Shown: in pieces, positions 25,872 through 32,900 of the stretch | How the letters are laid out: each line of letters starts with the position of its first letter | Position numbering within the stretch: the stretch's first letter is position 1 | Virus record (IMG/VR): IMGVR_UViG_3300024232_000044 | Location: 1-35,160 of that record | Origin: a virus | Lineage: Duplodnaviria > Caudoviricetes | Reading direction: 5' to 3' (one strand) | DNA: 35,160 nucleotides | Notes under the pieces: generated by a model | What the model was told of the DNA's origin: nothing | The model's database searches: none | The model's input: the letters and a program-made list of their open reading frames with translations, nothing else | Program-made: the position numbers and the translations under genes

Positions 25872-25900
25872 AATATCGGCTGGCTCGGGCCGGAACTCAA
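25872..25900 (-). promoter_or_regulatory. sigma-70-like promoter for the leader/tRNA
   Basis: TTGAGT-17 nt-GATATT on the minus strand. Confidence 0.5.
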
Positions 25901-25922
25901 GTATTTTCTGCGTGGAACGGCG

Positions 25923-25938
25923 TGGCACGGAGTTTGCT
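25923..25938 (+). promoter_or_regulatory. sigma-54 promoter (consensus)
   Basis: TGGCACG-GAGT-TTGCT; predicted +1 about 25949, GTG at 25950. Confidence 0.7.
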
Positions 25939-25949
25939 GTTGTCTGACG

Positions 25950-26387
25950 GTGTTGAAATCCGCTGAGGAGAAAAAAGAGTACTTGAAAGAGTATGGGCAG
26001 CAGAACCGCCAAAGACTAGTGGAGTACCGCAGGGCATACTACGCCCGGCCGGAGGTCAAAGCGCGCAAAAAGGTGCAGGAACGGCATAACCACCTTCTTC
26101 GGAAGTTCGGGATCTCGCCCGACGAGTATGCGCGAATGCTTACTGCTCAAGGCGGGATTTGCTTCCTATGTCGGCAGCCCGAGACGTATAAGCACTGCGG
26201 GAAGACGCGACACTTGGCAGTTGACCACTGCCACAAAACCGGGAAGGCCCGAAAGTTACTTTGTACGCGTTGTAATGTCTTAGTCGGACACGGCGAGCGA
26301 GAGCCGGGTTTGTTGGAACGCGCACAAACCTACATTCGGAGTCAGGGGCTCGCCTGCTGCGCAACCGAGTTAGTCTCGGCGGTGTAG
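25950..26387 (+). CDS. endonuclease VII-family HNH nuclease
   Basis: KFGISPDEY..ML..QGGICFLC, LAVDHCHKTG..RKLLCTRCN. Confidence 0.85.
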   Translation: MLKSAEEKKEYLKEYGQQNRQRLVEYRRAYYARPEVKARKKVQERHNHLLRKFGISPDEYARMLTAQGGICFLCRQPETYKHCGKTRHLAVDHCHKTGKARKLLCTRCNVLVGHGEREPGLLERAQTYIRSQGLACCATELVSAV

Positions 26388-26749
26388 ACAAATACCTCCG
26401 CCTTGAACAACCACTTCTGCGAGATTCCATTTACCCAGCCCCCGTTCGCCCCGACGACCCCTCCGCCGCCTTTGGCCCCGGCGTAGATGGTGCGGAATAT
26501 GAAGCCCTCTCCGCCCAGCTCAAACGCCTGCTGTGTGAAGCGTTTCTTTGCGCATAGTTCGTCTTGTCTTTGCCCGGCGTATGAAAGCTCCGCGATTTTT
26601 CGGTACGGGCGGTCTAGGCCGTACCCCTCCGTATAACAGGTAATTGGAGTGGCAGTATTCGGGGGTCGCTTTTCGTAGACGATTTTATCAGTACTTGCGC
26701 ATCCGCCGCACGCGGCGGCAGCTAATCCGAGGAGAAGCAGCCTCTTCAT
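26342..26749 (-). CDS. lipoprotein (moron)
   Basis: MKRLLLLGLAAAACGGC signal peptide and lipobox; A.ELGGEG resembles a YbjQ-like fold. Confidence 0.7.
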   Translation of the reverse strand: MKRLLLLGLAAAACGGCASTDKIVYEKRPPNTATPITCYTEGYGLDRPYRKIAELSYAGQRQDELCAKKRFTQQAFELGGEGFIFRTIYAGAKGGGGVVGANGGWVNGISQKWLFKAEVFVYTAETNSVAQQASP

Positions 26750-26757
26750 ACTGCTTC

Positions 26758-26786
26758 TGTATCGGCAGATCGGTTGTCCGAGTCAA
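26758..26786 (-). promoter_or_regulatory. promoter for the lipoprotein gene
   Basis: TTGACT-17 nt-GATACA, 8 nt before the ATG. Confidence 0.45.
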
Positions 26787-26827
26787 GCCGTTTCAGGTAG
26801 CAGAAACCCCTCAAAAGTGGTATATTT

Positions 26828-27241
26828 ATGGGAGCCCATCCGCAGATTGACGTCGAGGCCTTATTGGCTGATGTAACGCGAGGCGAGGCCTCTGCCCTGG
26901 ACTTCTGCCGGGGGTTTTTCGCCTTCGCTCACCTTGCAGACGACGTCATCGACAAGCAGGTAAAAGAGCGGTGGACAATGCCGCAGTTTTCGAACGCCTG
27001 TCTGGCTTTCGCTGCGGTTCTGGGCCTGTCAGGCTTCTTTCAGACTCACAAGGCCTATTTGCTGCCTCTGATCGAGGTGGCGACGATCGCCTATCTGGAG
27101 AGTGAGGAGACAGCAGACCCGGCCTTGAAGCGCTTTCTTGCAACAGAGTACTTCGTCGTGCTCCTCGGCGTGGCTCGGATTGTCGGAGGTTGGGATCACG
27201 CTCGGGAGATTTCGGCCACATGGGGCTTTGCGCGCGAATGA
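26828..27241 (+). CDS. helical HxxDDxxD phage protein (paralog 1)
   Basis: AHLADDVIDK ... VARIVGGWDHAREIS. Confidence 0.65.
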   Translation: MGAHPQIDVEALLADVTRGEASALDFCRGFFAFAHLADDVIDKQVKERWTMPQFSNACLAFAAVLGLSGFFQTHKAYLLPLIEVATIAYLESEETADPALKRFLATEYFVVLLGVARIVGGWDHAREISATWGFARE

Positions 27242-27678
27242 CTCCCGACAAGATAGAGCTGATCGCAAATGGCAATCAGGACGCAGGCGAGTTCGCTTGG
27301 GTCTTCTTCAAATGGCTGCATGAGCTTGACGACGCCTGGGACCAGGACCAGCCGATCCGCCCTGAGTTTTTTATCCGGGCCTTGTTGGAAATGGCCGTCG
27401 TTTTCGCGGGGAACCGGTTCTGGCTCCTGCACAGAGACGCGCTCTTCGCGCTCTTGCAGCTGTCGTTCCTGTCGTGGGAGGCCGGCGAGGAGTGGAAAGC
27501 CCGCACTGGACACGACCGCGTTGCGGCCGAGGTCATAAAGTCGCTTTACCGACAAATTTTCTGGTTCGTTGCTGTGCACTGTCACGGGCTCGAGGGAGCT
27601 CGAGAAGTCATGCAGCAGCTTCAAGAGTTCGATTACGATTTAGAAGATCATGTTCTACCAACACCCAAACCAGTCTAA
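27238..27678 (+). CDS. helical HxxDDxxD phage protein (paralog 2)
   Basis: ATGA-coupled start; LHELDDAWDQD ... VAVHCHGLEGAREV. Confidence 0.7.
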   Translation: MTPDKIELIANGNQDAGEFAWVFFKWLHELDDAWDQDQPIRPEFFIRALLEMAVVFAGNRFWLLHRDALFALLQLSFLSWEAGEEWKARTGHDRVAAEVIKSLYRQIFWFVAVHCHGLEGAREVMQQLQEFDYDLEDHVLPTPKPV

Positions 27679-27868
27679 CGGCGCATTGCGCGGGATCGGT
27701 TCGTCTCTGCTGATGAACTATTTGAACCCGCTTGGTACGCCCGATCAGCAGCAGCCCGAACAGCCGGGCCAAGTCCCATTGCAGCCGGGCCGGCCCGCGC
27801 AGCCTCCCCCACCGTCGTCTACTCCCCCGCCGCATCAGCCTACTGGAGGCCTTTTGCGCAACCTATAA
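27650..27868 (+). CDS. small Pro/Gln-rich protein, possible ejection protein
   Basis: 72 aa directly before the internal virion genes. Confidence 0.45.
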   Translation: MFYQHPNQSNGALRGIGSSLLMNYLNPLGTPDQQQPEQPGQVPLQPGRPAQPPPPSSTPPPHQPTGGLLRNL

Positions 27869-27874
27869 GGTCCT

Positions 27875-28585
27875 ATGTCCTACGGCTCGACCAGTTACAA
27901 GAAATACCAGCCCAAGGTGTACGATCCGTTGGGCGCGGCCTCCCAGTTTGGAAAGGGCGGCAAGCCGACTCCCGGCTGGACGGGCGCGATCCCGATGCGC
28001 TCGGACATCTTCAATCTACTCTCCTCGTATCGGCCGCAGGCACAGGAGGGGGCCGCTGACGTGGCCGCCGCCGCGCGGTCGGGGGCCGCAAACCCAGGCT
28101 GGAACGCTGCATCGACGCTCGCGTCCGATCAGCTCGCAGGTAAATACCTCTCCGGCTCTCCGCAATTTAATGCCGGGATCGATGCGATGCGGGCTGCAGC
28201 CCAAAACGAGGCTGCAGACAACGCGGCCAACATCCGGAGCGGCTTCGCCCGGAACGGGGTGGGATTCGGTACGGCGAACCAGCAGGCCGAGCAGGCAAAC
28301 GCAGCGGCTGCGACGGCGAAGGCCAACCAGACCGAGGCCGGCGCCCGGGCATCCAATTACGCGAACGAGCGCGCCATTCAGCAAGGAAGCCCCGGCATGC
28401 TCCAGGCCGCCACGGCCGCGCCGATCGGGCTTCTTCAAGAGGCCGAGAACGCGCCTTACTCACCGCTGGCGCAAGAGGCCCAGCTGATTCAGGCCCTCGC
28501 AGGCGGATCACAGCTCAACAAGCCTGACGTTGTCGAGAATCTGAGCGGCGCAGAACGCGCCATGCAGGCTTTCGGGAACCTGTAA
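27875..28585 (+). CDS. internal virion / DNA ejection protein
   Basis: Ala/Gln/Asn-rich; GKYL...P and NYANER..Q patterns; position after tail genes. Confidence 0.7.
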   Translation: MSYGSTSYKKYQPKVYDPLGAASQFGKGGKPTPGWTGAIPMRSDIFNLLSSYRPQAQEGAADVAAAARSGAANPGWNAASTLASDQLAGKYLSGSPQFNAGIDAMRAAAQNEAADNAANIRSGFARNGVGFGTANQQAEQANAAAATAKANQTEAGARASNYANERAIQQGSPGMLQAATAAPIGLLQEAENAPYSPLAQEAQLIQALAGGSQLNKPDVVENLSGAERAMQAFGNL

Positions 28586-28588
28586 CCT

Positions 28589-29983
28589 ATGCCTTTCTTT
28601 CCTGCACAGCGGAGTAATAGCAACAACCTCGGGTTGCTGTGGAATGTTTACAGCGATCTGTGGGGTCCTGGTAAGCAACAGCGCGAGCAGCAGATGGATC
28701 TTCAGCAGCAGGCGAATACTCGTGCCGAAGCCGCGAATGCGCGTGAGGCGGAGGCGCAGCCGCTCCACATTCAATCCCTCAAGACGGCGGCAGATGAAGC
28801 GGCGCGGAATGCGGCCCGTAGCCAGGCACTCGAGCAGGTCGGCCAGGCCCCGGCCGGACAGCTGCCTAACATTCCGTTCCTTCCGCAAGGTGTTACCGAC
28901 GACATCAACACCGGACTAGCGAAGACTGCGACGGACACTCTCGACTCGCTGAAATCGACGCCGTTCGAGAACCTGACGAAGGAAGGAAAAGCTTTCATCA
29001 CATCTGCGGCGCGGAACACGTTTCCCGACCTCAGCGATGCGGACATTGCGCCGCGCTGGAACATGATCGTAGGCGCGAACACTGGCAAAGCTGGGCTGCT
29101 GGCCAAGAATGTTACGTCTGAAGGTGGAAAAGTGGTCGCGCAGTACACGGCACCGGAAGAACTGTCCGATCGTCAAGTTATCGATCCGGCGACTGGGAAG
29201 CCGGTCGGATTGTGGGTGGGCGGAAAACATTTTCTGCCGCTTCCCGCGCCTGGGTCCGTGCCGACGGAGCAGCAAGCCAACGCGCAGCAGTTCGCATCTC
29301 GTATGGCTTTCAACAACGCGATTTTTGAAGCCGCGCCGGGTGAAAAGGACACGCATCTCACTACTGCAGCAGCGAAATCGATCCTCCCGAAAGCCCTGTG
29401 GGGCATGGTCGATAAAAACCTGCCCTCACGCGAAGCCGCAAAGCAAAACTGGATGGCGGCGATGTTGCGCAAGGAGTCTGGAGCCGCGATCAGCAAGACT
29501 GAATACTCCGACGCGGATCGTCAGTACTTCCCGCAAGCCGGCGACAGTGCCGAGGTCATCAAGCAGAAGTCTGCACTACGGCAGCTTGCCGAAAAGAACA
29601 TGCTGCAGGTGGCGGGTCCGGGCAGCGCGACTGCTCCTGCCAACGCACAGCAGGCGCTCCAGGCCATAGGCACACTTCCGCTGGTATCCGCTCCGGCCGT
29701 CCCAGGCGCTGCCCCAGGTGCTCCTGAGCCGGCGTTCTTCCAATCAGAAGCCGCTCTGCGGGCCGCGAATCCTCCGCCTGGCTCGGTCGTGAAGTTCGAT
29801 AATGGCAAGGGCCGGATTCTCACTGTGCGCTGGAAAGGCAATGCAGCCCCGGCGCCTGTACAAGGCCCGTCTCCGATCCCGTTGTTGTCTGCTCCGCAGA
29901 CGGGGCCGATCTTCAATCCGAACAGCCCGCAGATTCCCGTTCCGTTCACGTTCCCTCAGGTCAATCTTCCGTTCGTTCGTTAA
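28589..29983 (+). CDS. internal virion / DNA ejection protein
   Basis: PTEQQANAQQFASRM ... LRKESGAAISKTEY...QYFPQAGD motif. Confidence 0.75.
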   Translation: MPFFPAQRSNSNNLGLLWNVYSDLWGPGKQQREQQMDLQQQANTRAEAANAREAEAQPLHIQSLKTAADEAARNAARSQALEQVGQAPAGQLPNIPFLPQGVTDDINTGLAKTATDTLDSLKSTPFENLTKEGKAFITSAARNTFPDLSDADIAPRWNMIVGANTGKAGLLAKNVTSEGGKVVAQYTAPEELSDRQVIDPATGKPVGLWVGGKHFLPLPAPGSVPTEQQANAQQFASRMAFNNAIFEAAPGEKDTHLTTAAAKSILPKALWGMVDKNLPSREAAKQNWMAAMLRKESGAAISKTEYSDADRQYFPQAGDSAEVIKQKSALRQLAEKNMLQVAGPGSATAPANAQQALQAIGTLPLVSAPAVPGAAPGAPEPAFFQSEAALRAANPPPGSVVKFDNGKGRILTVRWKGNAAPAPVQGPSPIPLLSAPQTGPIFNPNSPQIPVPFTFPQVNLPFVR

Positions 29984-29989
29984 ATTCCT

Positions 29990-32900
29990 ATGCCGTCGGA
30001 TTTCGAAGTCTTGGACGAGCAGCCGGCACCCAAGCCGGCCGCTTCGTCTTCTGGGTTTGACGTTTTAGGCGAGGAGCCTGTTACGCCCTCGTATGTGACT
30101 GGCAAAGTCGCATCTGGTCAGCACGTCAGCGAGGAAGAAGCGAAAGTTGTCCGCGATTCGGAGCAACAAAAAGGCTGGTTCGGTAAGTTGACCGGTTTCG
30201 GTCCCGGCGACGTCTGGGAGGGCCTGAAAGGCACGGCGGGCGGTGTTCTGAAGAATTCTGCGAAGGCCTGGACGGATCCGTATCTCCACACCAGCCCGAT
30301 AAAGCAGATCACAACCGGCGCGGAGGGCTTTGCCCGCGGTACGTACGATCTGGCTGATTTAATCCGTCGAGCCGGCCGGAAGGGGATTGACCTTTACCGC
30401 GACCTGGGCGCGTCTGAAGAAGAACAGACTCGGCACCTTCAGGAACGCCTCAACAGCAACGCCGACTGGGCCAAACGCCGCGCCGAGGGCTGGGACAAAC
30501 AAGGCACGCTTACCCCCGGACTCGGAGCAATCCCCGATTATCTGAAGCCCCTCGTTGGGCCGAACCCCGCGGGAGCGGAGGCTTCCAGCGTCGTTCTCGA
30601 TCCTACGCTATTGATCGGCGGCGAGGGAGCACTCGGAAAAGGCCTCCTCCGGGGCGCACTGGCCAAGCTGCCGGGCGGCGCGAGAGTGCTCGAGGCTGCC
30701 GGCAAGGCCGGAGAAGCCGCGTCGAAAGTCATCCCGAAGACGGCTGGGGCCGTCGAGAAGCTCGCTGGCACCGTCGCCGAGAAGGCGGCAATCCCCGGGG
30801 AAATGCTGCGGCGCGTCCCTGAAGAGTTGCGGCCGACTGCAGCCCTGGCGGCCTCGACCGTCACTGTCCCAGCATACGCCGTCCAGCGCGCGGCTGGCGC
30901 TACGGCAAAGGTTGCCGAATTCACGCGGCGTCTGGCCGAGCTGCCCGGCGCGACGCAGGCCGGCTCTCGGCTCCAGCAGCTCGCTAAAGACGCTGCCGCC
31001 CCGGCATGGGTTCGCAATACGGCCCGCGTCCTGGACGCCCGGGGCGTAACGAGCGCGGCCCTGGAGGCCGGCTCTGAGCTTGCGAAAGGTGGGGCTCATG
31101 GCGCGGCCCTTGGCACAGCCCTCGGAGCCGTAAGCGGTGAGACCGGTGAAGAGCGCGGGCACGCCGTCGGCGGGGGGATTGCCCTAGGAGCCGGTGGGCG
31201 GGCCGGCGCGCGCTACGCCCTACCTGCCGGCCGGGCACACGCCCTCGCGCAGAAACAGGCGAACGACCTGTCTTCGCTGTTTTCGCGGCTGGAGGATTCA
31301 GGCACTCGGCCGGATTTGCTGGATCGGCTCCCCCAGCACGCGGCCGATACGCTGGCGGCGTACACCGCGGGTGTCGACCCGTCGCTGAAGGTGACTTTGC
31401 ACGATGCGAACAGCTTCGCTGCCGCGGCCCCCGACCAGCCGAATGCCGCCGCGTTCTATAACCCCAAGACCCACGAGGTCGCACTGAACCTCGACAGGCT
31501 GGGCACGGCGACCGGCCACGAGCTCGGCCACGCGCTAATCGCGTCTCGGAAGGCTGACGGCGAAACTCGGCTTATGCTCGACTCGACCCTGGGGCCAGGC
31601 GGGATCCAGAAGGCTGCGCACGAATACGCGAGCAAGCTCGTCGACAACGATTTTCAGGCTTCGAAGACACCGCCTCCGCTTGATCCCGCAGCGCGCGAGC
31701 AGCTCGTTCAGAACAAGATCGCCGCGCTGACGCAGGCCCAAGGGGGAGATGGGTGGATTTACTCCGAGATCATCGCCGACGCGGCGCGCAAGACGATCAA
31801 CCCGGACCTGTACAAAGACACGTTGCAGCCGTCCCTCGTTCGTCGTGTGTTAGACACGCTCGGTGTCCAGGCCCGCTCGGATCTGGCGAGTATGCTGCCG
31901 CCTGGGGCCTTGTTCTCTGACACTCGGATCTACGGGCCGGACATCGCCAAGATGCTTCAGACGCACTTGCGAGAAGCTCACCGCGAAGGCGTCAAGCCGA
32001 TCGAGGCGAAAGAGACGAAGGAAGGGGCGCCTGCTGGAATTCCGGTGCCTGTCGACATGCTGGGCAAACACCCATCGGTGCCCCCGACCTCCGACGCCGT
32101 CAAAATCGAGGGCAGCCAAGTTGTCCCGCGGCCTCCGGCCGAAGTCAAAAAGATCGAGAAGGAACGGCAGAAGGCCGTCGCGCCGATCGCCGAACAGCCC
32201 GTGAAGCCGAAGGGCGACACGACGCCTGAAGTTGCTCCCCGCGTAGGCCCTGACGGCTCAGTCGAAGTTCGAGGAACGAAGATCAGCAATCAGATCGGCA
32301 CAATGCCGCAGTTTAACGACGAGGCGAAGAGAATCGCGAAGCAGGTCGAGGCGCTGATCGACGATAAAAAAGGCGGAGTCCTTCGGACTTGGTACCAGGC
32401 CGTCGGCTCGAGCAAAGCCGGCGCTTGGGCAAAGTCGGTCCGGCAAAAACTCGGCAACTGGTCCGTGTCCCAGGTTGAGATTGCGCCGTACGATTTCCAC
32501 ATCTCAGATGCAGGTAACGTTCTCGTACGCGGCGTCAGCAAGACAGCGCTTGATCAGAAGCTGGGACGCTGGCAGCAGGAAGGGAAGCTCGATCAGCTGT
32601 GGGGCGGCGACGCCGACGCGTTCCGGGCCGACCTGCACAAGTATCTTCAGAACCACGCGCAGGGGCTGCCCGGCACTACCGGACTTGACCCGAGGGCTCG
32701 AGACGCACTGAACCTGTTTGTCGCGGGCCGCGTCGGGAAGTTCAAGGATGCGAATCCGCTAAGAGCTGCCGCGGAAGGCAGAGACAAAAACGGGATCATA
32801 CGCTCTGTCCGGCTTGACCGGATGGCGAATCCTGAAAGCGTGCCGGGGTCTTTGCCGCTCGACTGGAACAAGCAGCAGCGCAACTTCAGCCCTGCGACTG

